Assembly: GCF_036588685.1 (NCBI RefSeq)
Contig: NC_086381.1
Span: forward strand, 59,892,001-59,956,000
DNA from: Mytilus trossulus
Taxonomy: Eukaryota
DNA: 64,000 nucleotides
Direction of reading: 5' to 3'
The translations under genes were made by a program, and so were the position numbers. This document shows positions 1-11,339 of the stretch, in pieces; position 1 is the stretch's first letter, and each line of letters begins with the position of its first letter. Below the pieces are notes generated by a model. That model had not been told where the DNA came from. It saw only the letters and a program-made list of their open reading frames with translations, and ran no database searches.

Positions 1-137
1 GTCTGAGTCAGTGACAACCCTACAACAGATGTATCCATCGGATCGCCATCAATGATGGTGATACATGGCTGTGTACATAATGTATATACAACTCGTCTTA
101 ACATCAACCCAACAATGTTAGATCTGTAAATTTGCAT
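1..137 (-). mobile_element. Fragment of a high-copy bivalve interspersed repeat (probably an antisense SINE body), truncated by the window edge
   Basis: Sequence 'gtacataatgtatatacaactcgtcttaacatcaacccaacaatgttagatctgtaaatttgc' resembles a recurrent mussel repeat from memory. No second copy in this window. Confidence 0.35.
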
Positions 138-537
138 ATTGCTGATAAATGAAAACACTTCTATGTAAATCTATAAAGAACAAAATGAATTGCATGAAAT
201 AAAGTTGAAATGAACAGTTTCACTACATGATGGACTTTCTTCTGAAATATATTTCAGAAAGAAAAAAAAACAATCAAAACCAAAGTAAAAAAAAAAGGAG
301 GATTTTAAAAAATAAAATAAGTTTGTGCACGATTTTTGTCAAAATGTTGTGTTTGTTTGATGGATTGATGAATGATTTGAATATTTTACCATTTTTGAAA
401 ATCTTTACACGTGGCATCATCTTCAAAGAATAATGTTTTAGTGTTCTTAATTCCCTTAAGAAGTTAAAACAAGTTTTCAGCTGTATGCGCCAAATGAAAT
501 TATTTTAAAGAATTGATTAGAAGATTTAAAAGAATAA

Positions 538-945
538 GATTGGATGTTGGTTGATTGACTTCTTACGGCAAATATTTTATGCATGTTCGGGACAATAAAA
601 GATTAACAATACATACAAGAGGTATGTCCTGTAATAGAGGCATTAATGGATGAAGGGCGGTGGAATTTGGACTGCCACAGGTACACGTGGGTATATTGGA
701 ATGGGAAAGATACTTATCCGTGCAACATGTCACCTACGCTACGGTCCTTCACATACAAAGGTACCAAACGTGCACAAAGTTTGGCACATTCTATACAAGA
801 AGCATCCCATTTCATTGTCCTTTTCTGGCAGCACGTGGGTGCTTACTTGTACATCGCGAACAGCCAACCGCATGCCTTACTTTAGTGAGGATTTGACTAC
901 AGGTTTGATGAAGACCATATTTTTCCTCAGTCACCCTGTAAGTGA
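538..945 (-). mobile_element. Interspersed repeat (likely antisense SINE) inserted in copy A
   Basis: Homologous to 5017-5410. Its head 'gattg..gttggttg..ggcaaatattt.atg.atg' recurs at ~2895-2935 (reverse), ~44030 and ~60230. Absent from the equivalent position of copy D. Confidence 0.6.
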
Positions 946-1052
946 GTGTTTTAGAAGCGACAATATGCATAATGAAAGCATTATTGATAACAATCTAGCG
1001 CTATTACATATCTAATACGAAACATGCAGTCCATAGTTTTAAGCGGAATAGA

Positions 1053-1244
1053 TTAGACCGTTGGTTTTTCCGTTTGAATGGTTTTACACTTGTAATTTGG
1101 GGCCTTTTATAGCTCTTGGCTCGGTGTGAGCCAAGGCTCCGTGTTGAAGGCCTTACATTGACCTATAATGGTTTACTTTTATAAATTGTTATTTGGATGG
1201 AGAGCTGTCTCATTGGCACTCACACCAAATCTTCCTATATCTAC
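1053..1244 (+). repeat. High-copy mussel-type interspersed repeat (ggcc..ttatagct..gttgaaggcc..gtctcattggca core)
   Basis: Near-identical copy at 55098-55292. Related copies at ~10525-10695, 26210-26345 (reverse), 27700-28175, 32150-32225 (reverse) and 54120-54730. Confidence 0.8.
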
Positions 1245-3083
1245 ATTCAGTAATTAATTTCATAATTTTTTTACATTAAAGCTTACATATTTGGAATCGA
1301 GCATTATTTTAGAGAAACGAAAGCAGAATTTTCTTCATTAGTTAAGAAGGATTGAACATCAGTTTACATTTTATTCCATTTGCAACGGTTTTAATCTATC
1401 TTCAGTTGATTTTTAATCATTGTAAATAGACACAACTTTTCAATTTTGTAAATACTTATGTTAAAAAGAAAATCTGTTTTATATTGAAGCATATGATAAA
1501 AATGTTATCAATTTACATTTGCAAAATGCCGCTTATGTAATTTAAATCTCCTTAATCTAGTTGATGTTTGAAACTGATTCTGAATTTTATTGGAAAACTC
1601 GCAGTCGGATGAAGTTCGCACAGGGGGATACAGAAAAAATTAAAGTCAGTGACATATTTTGATTTGTATCCCCAAAGTATATAAACTGTGTCTGAATGTC
1701 AAAACTAAACCAAAACGGAAGCTTCTGAAGGAAATGAAGTAAAAGCCTACACGTGATTTGGCAAAACTATTCTTTTATTGTCTAAGTCAATATGATAAAA
1801 TACATTTACGGAAGTGTACTTACTTCACATGTTGAGAAGACTATAGTGTCATAAACTATCTAAGATTTTAATGTCACTCGTACTTCATTTTTCAGATAAA
1901 ACTAGAGTCTTTAAGATTCGCGCCCACTTCGATTCGATTACTTGGAAGGTTTTTCTAAAATTTAAACAATGCAAAAGAGAATATGTCTAAAAGTTTCCAG
2001 CAAAAGATAAAAACAAAGGTGTGAAAATGTTTCGTTCACTTATTAATCATATTCAAAATGTCCTCACTTCCCCGATTTTCATCTTGACTGCCTCTATTGC
2101 AATACTTCCTCTTGTAATTATCATTAACTCACTTTCGTCCTAAACAATAATGTAAAATTTGCAACTTGACGTTTGGTCTTCACAATTCTTTCAATATGTC
2201 TTCAGTTTTGACTGTCGATATTCATCCATTCTGGTTCTACCTTTAACTTGCATGTATGCAGTGATTTTTTAAATTCTGGTAAACTTTATTTTTCAATATT
2301 GTAAATTCCTTTACATTTGATTGATTGGTGAATTTCCTTAACTGAAGTCTATAAAATAAATGGAAGCTGAAATACGATATGATCTTGAAAGTTCTATATT
2401 GCACCTGATCATGTATAAAAATTTCTTTTTCATACATGTGCCCATTGACGAAATTTTTGTATATACAATGGAGAAATATTAGATGAAGTCTAATCTATAG
2501 AACGAAAACACTGAAAAGAAGATTTTTTAAAAATTGGCGAATCAAATAATTTTAAAAAGACCTTAAAAATTGTGAGAAATACAGATTGACTTCCCGATGA
2601 ATACGTAGAAAACCTTAAACATGTATATATGGACATCTAATTCATTTATCAAATACGCATCCATGTCTTATCGGAGTGAAGATGTTTAATTCGATGCATC
2701 GTATAAAGAGAGTGTTAACATTTTTCTACTACTCTTGCAAAGATTAGTAGACAGCATGTTGCAATCTTAAAATGCTGTCCCAATAAAAAATATCCACCTT
2801 GTTTTTCTAGTAGCAGTCCAAATTTATCCGACCGTTTCATCCCGGGTTGACACTTTTACAGGACCTACATGTACCTTTTGTATTTATTGTCCTCGTCCTT
2901 GACATGCATGCAATATTTGCCACTAGATGTTACGCATTATAATGATCAGACATAGCCTCCTCTTCAAAGAATAAATTTTTAATGTTCTTAATTCCCGTAT
3001 GAAATCTAAAATGGTTTTCAGCTGTATGAACTAAATAAAGAACATTTAAAGAATTGATTTGAAGATTTATGGTAATGTTTTAA

Positions 3084-5012
3084 AGTGGCACTAGCTACGA
3101 GATATTTAATCTAAGGTATGATTTTTTTATTCGATCATTAATGAAAGTGGAAAATGAAATAATAATTCGCTTTTAGCAGCCAGTGAAGTACAATGTTGTC
3201 AAATAACGCTAAAACAATTGACCTCATTGAATCCGTTTGCATGTAAACTTTAATTAACGTTTGTAGCTAGAGATTGATGACGCATGAATAGTGCGTGTTC
3301 GGTTATTTAAAGAAAAAATGTCCACATTTAAAGTGAAACAAAGTTAAATCATATGGCAGGGGCGGATTTAGGCGGGGGCGTGGCGGGCGTGCGCCCCCCC
3401 CTAAAATTTGCAAAGTATGGGTTGTCTTCAACTTGTTTCAGTATCAGAAGAGACCATTCCTTTTTAACATTCAATCACGGTATAAAACAGTCAGTTTAAC
3501 CAGGGACTCTCTATACTAAGTAACTTAGTAACAGAATCAACGCGTTTACTAATCAACTGACCTACTATTTATTCAAGTTCTATACATATTATATACAAAG
3601 GAAGGTGTCTGACTGAAAAATAAAAAAAATGTTTAAGCAGTTAAAGTACAAAAAATTGTTACATTGTATTTGCCGTTTTTATAATTAATTTCTTTGATAA
3701 TCGAAGTGCCGAATTATGTATACCGTATTACATGCATGGCCGGTATCCCCACCAAATAAAAATAACTTCGTAAATGCATCTCATTCTGATTTTAGTGGTT
3801 TGTGGCGAACAGTTTATATAAAGTCTGGCACGACCTCCGAAAATCCAAAAAGTATAAACATATTATGAAAGGGCAATTGAAAATCACGGCGAAAAGTAGA
3901 AATTTTCGTTTACAAAATCTAATTCTAGTATCTAGTATTGGTCATGTGAGCTGATGTGGTCTGTCTTGTCTCGCTTTGCTTCCCTGATAAAGTAATTCTT
4001 AAGTGAACCGGTTTCATTTCACATAATTGAAACCATGTTGAATGGCTAAGACACATTGACGATCTGCAAACAAGGGCTTCTTATGTTTGTGATGTTTCTG
4101 TTTTTTTGTTTATCACAAATACCAGCACCAATGTCTTTCAAGGATTGGTTGACAGATATTTATGACCTGATATTAAGATATAGATTATTTTAGAAGTGCT
4201 GGTGTCTTGAGTGTAGATTAGTTGGCATAGAAACACAGAATCAAAATAAAATGCTCGCATGATCTTCAGCTTCTGTGTTGGGCTGCAGATTTATAAACTC
4301 TATTATAGATATGCAGAATGAATCTCTTACAAGAAGTGCGTAATATTGTTGAAGATTTTTCAAGTTTGTAGGAGACCTTCCCATCATAACTGAGAGGTTT
4401 TTCGCGGAACAGGAACATATTGTTTTACATCTGTCCGTCCATGATACTAATGATTGTAGATTGTTGTCAGGTTAGATTTAGGTGGTTTCTACTTGAAACT
4501 TTAATTTCTTGCTGACTGTATCTCACAATAGTTCAAAATACCTACATTGCACCATTTTAGAAGAATATTCCCAAAAAAATAACCTCAAAAAATTTTTCGC
4601 ATCGCTCCGCTCGGCGAAAATAATAATTGCGCCCCCCCCCCCCCCTAATCTGAAATCCTGGATCCGCCCATGGATTGTCTGATTCGATCCACAAAAATCA
4701 TTCTTTTACAGGTACATATAAACACGATGATTTACATATATTTTTAATCCATAAAATGAAATTAAAAAGACCTACAAAAATTATATTGTTTATATCTATA
4801 ATATGTTTGTTTATATCGCTTGTGTGAACATCGCAGGTATTATTCTAATGTCAACTCGATAGTTAATTAGATGGCGTCAAGACTAAAATAAATTCAAAAC
4901 GAAGTTATCTATTACTGAGACCATTCTCTGTTAATTGTTAAAACGGGGATATTTATAAAATATTAGAATTTGAGTCAAATCGGTGAACATGACCTTAATA
5001 GCTAGTGCCCCT
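3084..5012. mobile_element. Kolobok-type non-autonomous DNA transposon (MITE) carrying a nested element
   Basis: TIRs agtggcactagcta / tagctagtgcccct, flanked by TTAA (3080-3083) and TTGA (5013-5016; likely a mutated TTAA). RR..YY termini plus TTAA fit Kolobok. Confidence 0.65.
3357..4672. mobile_element. hAT-like non-autonomous element nested in the Kolobok-type MITE
   Basis: TIRs caggggcggatttagg / cctggatccgcccatg with GC-rich, poly-C subterminal blocks. A short relative lies at 52449-52586. Confidence 0.65.
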
Positions 5013-5016
5013 TTGA

Positions 5017-5410
5017 GATTGATTGTTGGTTGTTGGTTAATTAACGTCTAGCGGCAAATATTTCATGAATGCCCGGGATGATAACAAACTAACAATGCAT
5101 GCAAGAGGTTGGTCATGTAATACAGGCATTTTGGGATGAAGGTATGGGGAATTAGGATTGCCATTGTGAAATTTAGCTTGCAACAGGCCACCTACCGTCC
5201 ATCAAATAGTTGTTTCAAGGGTTCCAAAAGTGCAAAACGCGTAGCACTCTCACTCTAGAGAAGCATCGGATTTTATTTTCACATTCAGTACGCACATTGC
5301 TGCGTACTTATTTATCCCGAAAAGCAACAAGACGGCTGGCGAAGGGTTTACTTCAGGCTGGAGGAAGCCATAGTTACCATATTTCTATTCTCCAGTTACC
5401 ATTGGGACAA
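5017..5410 (-). mobile_element. Interspersed repeat (likely antisense SINE), paralogous to 538-945
   Basis: Colinear similarity to 538-945 (ggatgaagg..ggaatt.gga.tgcca, tgcaaca.g.cacctac, accatattt.t..c.cagt.acc) at the same position of the tandem unit. Confidence 0.6.
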
Positions 5411-6538
5411 TGTTTTAAACAGCGACACTATATATACAGTGAAAGCATTATTGATAACAATCCAGCATTCACTAAACTATTAAAAACATAAAGGTTATAG
5501 TTTTAAGCGGAATAGACCAAATGTATTTCATAAAGTTACACTGTCATATGCTTTTGCATCATGCCTTCCTTAGCAAGCATTATTACAGACAAAAGAAAAC
5601 AGTATTATCTTCATTAGTGGAAATAATTACCGACACTGAAAACCACAGATCAAACAGCAGTTTACATTTTACTCTCTTACATCAGTTTTATCATATTTTC
5701 ATTTGACCTTAACCATTGTATTTGGAAACAAATTATCTATTTTACAAATAGTCATGTTGAAAAGAAAATCCATTTTACATTAAAGTGAATAATAAAAATG
5801 TTATCAATTTACATTTGCTTTAATGGCGCTTATGTAATTTGAAATCTCCTTAATTTAGTTGGTGTTAGAAAATAATTAAGGATTTTAAACTTCATTGGAA
5901 AACTCGCAGTTGTATTGAGCTTGCACAGGGGGATACGAAAAAAGATTAAACTGAGTGACACATTTTGATTTTGATCGCCAACGTACGCAAACTGTGTCTG
6001 TAGCTTAGATATAAACCAAAAAGGTAAAAACTTAATAAAATCAATTAGAGGTCTATTCAACTATGTGCTTTAAAAGCTGTTCTTTTGATTACCTGAGTTA
6101 TTATATGAATATACTGTATTGTATTAACTAAAGTGCAGATTGATAAGACTAGAGATAGTGTCATGTCCTATATAAAATTTTAATAACAAACGTAGTTCAT
6201 TTTTGAATAAGACTAGTGGCTTCAATGATATGTTGCTCATTTATTAGACCATCAGAAACGTAACCAATGAAAAACCTAATACTTCTAATAGTTCCTGGCT
6301 AACGTTAAGAAATAATTTGAAATGATCCCTTCACCTTTAAGATGTTATTAACTGTCTAAAAAACCTTCCTCATGTTTCCACGTCTGACAAACTTAGTGTG
6401 TGCTAGCTTCCTGAGACAAACCAAGGATCTTGTTAAAAACTATTTCTACAAAACACGTACCGACACATGGTAGCAATCTGAATAAAATATCAATAGCAGT
6501 TATCGTTTTTTAATATGGATGATTTAATGTTTCTAGTC

Positions 6539-6540
<2 letters not shown>

Positions 6541-6592
<52 letters not shown>
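6541..6592. repeat. (GA)26 microsatellite
   Basis: Perfect dinucleotide run. Confidence 0.98.
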
Positions 6593-6595
<3 letters not shown>

Positions 6596-7549
6596 TAGAA
6601 ATCATGTTACATTGTTTATAATAATTTTATGTAACAAATATGCTAGTGCAGCCTTCAAATTGTTATACTAAGATAAATATTGCTTTGTGGTTCAATTATC
6701 TAGTGAGTGTTCATGTTTTATTGGGTTTCTTAGTGAAATTGGTGTAAACTTATATTGGAATTCCAAAATCTCACTGGAAAAACAGTTCATAACCAATTTA
6801 GCAAGTTGTCTAGCTTGGAGATATAAAAATTACTCTTGTTGGTCCATGTTTATACACAAAAGTATGGTTTTTATCAAATCACTCTCCTTTTTTAACAAGA
6901 AGAAAAAAGAGGGGACAAAATTATCAATTATATTTCATATTGGACTACTGTATTTTTATTCAAGTAAGAATCTCTGATAAAAATAAGAAATTTAGGTCAA
7001 AACACTGTTATTTGAGAAGTTATTAACAAAACAAAACTAGTAAAATTGAAAAGTGTCATATCTGTCACTATAAGTATCCAGATGTAGTTTTCTTTGTTTT
7101 ACGCATATGTTACTACCAGTCCAGTTATAGCTTGAATTCAGTGACACAGTGTTTTGACAACAGCTTTATTTGTTTTTCAATGCTAGAAATATATCATAGA
7201 AGGAAATTCAGCCAAGCAGAAGTCAATATAACAAGTTTAGTACTGTTATAGGTAAAGAACCACTAATTCAGGCCCGGTCGGAAAGAACATACAAGAAAGT
7301 AGTACATAGTTCTTACGCATAGCTGTATCTTTGCCAATTGCGGATATATTTGGTTATTTGTTGTATCAAATGAAAGCTTTGGCACTTGGGATCACTGTAG
7401 AACCCTTGTTGAGAGATTTATTTAAATTTTAAAGAAGTATATGAAATTTTGATAGAAGGACACATTTGACCTGGTGTTCAGATCAGAAACTCCTGTTTTT
7501 GTACTATCAAACTTCAGGGGACCAGTACGCTCTCATTTTCAATTTAATG

Positions 7550-7761
7550 TACTGTGGATTCATTATTATTCGTTGGATACCAATTTTCGTGGCTTTCGTG
7601 GGTACAGGTGAACCACGAATTCATATGTTCAACGATTTACACATTTTCTATACGCTTTGTACACAGAAATCGGCAAACCACGAATTCAAATATCCACGAA
7701 AAGGTCAGTTTTCTTCAATCCACGAAAATTGATACCCACGAAAATAAATAAATCCACAGTA
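7550..7761. mobile_element. MITE with TA ends (Tc1/mariner-like)
   Basis: TIRs tactgtggattcatt / aataaatccacagta; internal repeated ccacgaa / ttcgtgg motifs in inverted arrangement. Confidence 0.8.
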
Positions 7762-7889
7762 TGTTGATTTTTGCAGCACAAGTCAGGATAAGGTACAGTT
7801 TTGATATGAAATAACTGCCACTTTACTTGAACTTAAGACAAAACAACAATCAATGCTTGAAATTGCAGAGTTTATCATAGAAAGCAAAG

Positions 7890-8238
7890 AGACCCGTGGT
7901 GTAGTGGTTAGTGCATCGGACTACTAACACAAAGGTGCCTGGTTCGATTCCCGTTTGGGATGAAAATTTCAGGAACTCAATTTTCGGCTCTCCCTCGACA
8001 TCATTTGCGAGTTTGGTCTCGATGAAACAATGATAGTCCGTCGGAAGGGGACGATAAATGGCTGACCCGTGTTAAAAGAGAGAGCCATATCTCTTGCACG
8101 TTAAAGACACGCTTGTAGATTTCGATAAAGAGCAGGCTAATGACGCTACAAGGCAGAACTCGCACCCGCAAAGTGGAAAGGGATTGATATTAGTTGCAAA
8201 ACTTGTTTCCCAATCCACTATAAATAAATATGTTAAAA
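7890..8238 (+). mobile_element. tRNA-derived SINE with a Deu/Nin-like central domain
   Basis: Pol III A box tggtgtagtgg (7897) and B box ggttcgattcc (7941), a body, and an A-rich tail (taaataaata). Second, diverged copy at 41401-41645. Confidence 0.8.
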
Positions 8239-8259
8239 CTAAGTGGTTTTACACCTTAT

Positions 8260-9900
8260 GCTATCTAATGAGAATGCAATTCCGCATGCCTTTTGCATCA
8301 ATACTTTCGGTAGCTTACAATGCATTTTTTCAAGCAAACGAATCGAGGATAATCTTCATTTATGGAAATAATACCTCAACACTGAAAAACAAAGATTGAA
8401 CAGCAGTTAGAATTTTCTCCAAACGCGTTGGTGGTATCCAGTTTTCATTTGATTTTATAGCCATTGTATTACAAACCAAATTATCAATTCTATAAATGTT
8501 CTTGTTGAAATGTTAAGTAATATGTCATCAATTTACACTTGCCGCTTATTCAATTTAAATATGTTTAAGCTACGTATCGTTAGCAAATATTTACAGATTT
8601 TAGATTTAATTTCAAAACGTGCAGTTGCACGGGGGGAAACGAGAAAAAATAACTTCAGTGAAATATCTGCAAATATTTCCCGACAATACTTTACCTGTGT
8701 CGATTAGTCACAAATACATCCGAATGAGCTGAATCAATTATAGGCTTACTCAAGCACGTGCTTTAAGCAGATGTTGTTTGTTGCGTTAGTCAATACAATC
8801 AATAAATTGCCTTTTTAATGGAAGTGTACTCAATATAGAGATAAAGAAGACTAAAATTAATGTCATAAATGAATTAAAAAATGATGTCAAACGTACATTT
8901 TTTTCATACATTTCGGTACTTTTTTTGGTTTTCTTTTACTTTTTGCTGACTTGGAAGGTTTGCTGAAATTAAATATTGATAATGGAGTATTTCTTTTCAA
9001 CAAACATTCAAAGACTTTTGATCATGTAGGGTCAATACCTCCTACAACATGTACAAGAAGTCATATAATGATTTCGGCTCCTTTTCTCTATATATACTTT
9101 TGGTAATTCGTGTTGTCATTTATATTGTGTCCCAATTAAGCATGTATTGTTTCTGCTAAGACCATAAAACAAATCAAACCTATACTTTGAAATAAAACTT
9201 TATTTAATATGTGCATTCATGGTTTGCCTACATCGAGGCCGCTCATACTCAAACCTTAAAATATGTCAAATAACGATTTCGGAGATTTTGATATATTTCC
9301 AGATCATGTCCTTATCACCTTTTTGCACTTATCATTTTATCTATCAACTATAGAAATACAAATGTTCAACTGGTAACTGCTAATGAGTTTTTACAAACTA
9401 ATGAAATGTATAAAATTAGTCCATCCTAATCAAGATACTATAATGCTGCAACCTGTACTTTTTTATTTGTCAGTTAAATTGTTCTACTATAGGTACATGT
9501 AGTAACTTATATGCAACTCAGTTTTAAGGAACAATGGACACTGATAAATCGGGGACAGTATATATCAGAAAAAGTTAACAAAAAGTTAAATAGAAAAAAA
9601 TCAGAACTCCGAGGAAAATTCAAAACGGAAAGTCCCTAATCAAATGGCAAAATTAAATGATGAAAGACATTAAACGAATGAACAACAACTGTATAATATG
9701 TATTCCTGACTTGGTACAGACATAACCGGCAATTAGTGTAGTGGTCAACACAATTTGTTATAAAACAAATTAACGTTTTTCAAACAATTTGACTGTATAA
9801 TGGTGTAAATGATCTGATCAATAGCTTTGTTTTTCGTTTGTCATTACATTTACTTATTTACATGAGCTTCTTTTATTCATGTAGCCCTTTTTAATGTTTT
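8260..9900 (-). pseudogene. Decayed tandem gene copy C
   Basis: Anchors ttttgcatc (8291), acactgaaaa (8379), cagcagtt (8401), tcaatttaca (8528), gcacgggggg (8627), tgtcataaa (8861), cttggaaggtt (8950, also 1941). Blocks 9440-9560 and 9770-9880 match 12658-12875 and 15400-15610. Confidence 0.45.
9590..9722 (+). repeat. Mussel-type interspersed repeat (aactccgaggaaaattcaaaacggaaagtccctaatcaaatggcaaaa family)
   Basis: Copies at ~29820-30110 (GPCR intron) and ~44130-44250; related 3' part at ~37015-37110. Confidence 0.7.
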
Positions 9901-10184
9901 TACGGAAGTGATATCACTACACAGAATGCATGCAATTCAAGATTTCATAATTGTATATGTAGCAAACCTAATTATGTAAGTAACTATAAAGAGTTAATGT
10001 TCCTTTTTATTCTTAAACAGGGTTGTTAAAACGTTCAACCTTCGAACATGTTAAATATGAAAATGAGCTTAAGTCAATGCTTTCACAACCTAATAATTCT
10101 TAAATGATTTGAATATCTACAAATACTGAATTGGGATGCTTTTTTCATTTATCTTCATTTCGAAGGACCATCTTGTCGAAAAAC

Positions 10185-10383
10185 TCAGGAATTTCTTATC
10201 CCAGGCATAGATTACCTTAGACGTATTTGGCACAACTTTTTGGAATTTTGGATCCGCAATGCTCTTCAACTTTGTACATGTTTGGCTTTATGAATATTTT
10301 AATATGAGCGTCACTTATGAGTCCTATGTAGACGAAACGCGCGTCTGGCATACTAAATTATAATCCTGGTACCTTTGATAACT
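10185..10383 (+). mobile_element. Short repeat (retrozyme-like, family 1) containing a degenerate type I hammerhead ribozyme
   Basis: 10308-10351: gcgtca-CTTATGA-gtc(ctatgta)gac-GAAA-cgcgcg-TC-tggcat. Inverted partial copy at 15135-15258. Confidence 0.75.
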
Positions 10384-11339
10384 GATGTAGAAACTACTTT
10401 TGTAAATATCCCTGTCATATATGAATGTGCGATGCACTTGCGATGGATCCACGAGTACCATGTTATTTAAGATAAACTAAACAAATTCATAACGTTTGCA
10501 AATCATAGTAGATAACATAATCGAGTTTATTTTACATTGTCTTATCGGGGCCTTTTATAGCTGACTATATACGGTATGGGCTTTGCTCATTGTTGAAGGC
10601 CGTACGGCGACCTATAACTGTAAATATTTGTGTCATTTTGGTCTTTTGTGGATAGTTGTCTCATTGGCAATCATACCACATCTTTTTTTATATTTTATGT
10701 TATGATACTTCGAAAAAAAATTAGAGACATAAGTGATAGTACAACCCAGGTATGAGAAAAAGAAAAAAAAAGTTGAGTGTGAATGTTGATCAAATAAGAT
10801 TGTTAGGGAAAAAATCGGATTCATCGTTTTTAAGCATATCTGTTTTACTGAATGAACGTTGTTTATCTACAGTTTTCAATCGTTCAAAGAAATATATAAC
10901 ATTATCGTTAGTATGAAACAGACGAAAGGGAAAAATTGGGAAAAATCAATTGCAAGCAGTTAAAACAAAAAAGGACATGCATAATGCCTCGAAAATAAGG
11001 AAATGAAAAAACCATTATTCCCAAATGTTTAACTATCGGGATCATTTGCAACAAAGAAAGCACCGAAAAATGAAAACCAGAACTTCATTTCAGTTAATTA
11101 ATATCATTTAATATAAGCTTGAAGGCTTTAAAGGTTCTTTGAAAACGTCAAAATCCTCTCATTATGAGGAACGTCGCTCAGTAGTATCAACATCGTGCGC
11201 AACGTCTGCATGAAGGAGTTATAAATGTACTCAAGAAAAAAAGACAATTATAGAAAAAAAAGATAAAACCAATAGAAGGATGGTAGAGAAAAAAAATAAG
11301 GTAAAAATGTTTCTGTTTGTTAATTTGAAGAATTGAGTT

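Larger units (their letters stand above)
300..2000 (-). pseudogene. Decayed tandem gene copy A (possible LRR/TM receptor relic), interrupted by two repeats
   Basis: Shares ordered anchors with copies B-D: tcttcaaa (420), gaaagcattattgataac (974), tcaatttaca (1508), gcacaggggg (1618), tttttcagataaaactagag (1888). Minus-strand translation gives broken peptides such as ILKTLVLSE and LAHTAENLF*LLKGIKNTKTLFFEDDA. Confidence 0.5.
2935..6300 (-). pseudogene. Decayed tandem gene copy B, split by nested MITEs and a SINE-like repeat
   Basis: Same anchors at 2961, 5441, 5633, 5803, 5923 and 6158. Minus-strand peptides: ELLEVLGFSL, SLKPLVLFKNELRLL, ORF 5830-6060, AGLLSIMLSLYIVSLFKT, LQINSLNVLYLVHTAENHFRFHTGIKNIKNLFFEEEA. 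Many stops. Confidence 0.5.

Noticed and set aside
646-1015. Three overlapping plus-strand ORFs (79-121 aa), and 5210-5491
   Set aside because: They lie in a SINE-like repeat, and the frames are not conserved between the two copies.
7891-7960. Functional tRNA gene
   Set aside because: Acceptor and anticodon stems do not pair, there is no immediate poly-T terminator, and it continues into a body shared with 41401-41645. It is a SINE head.
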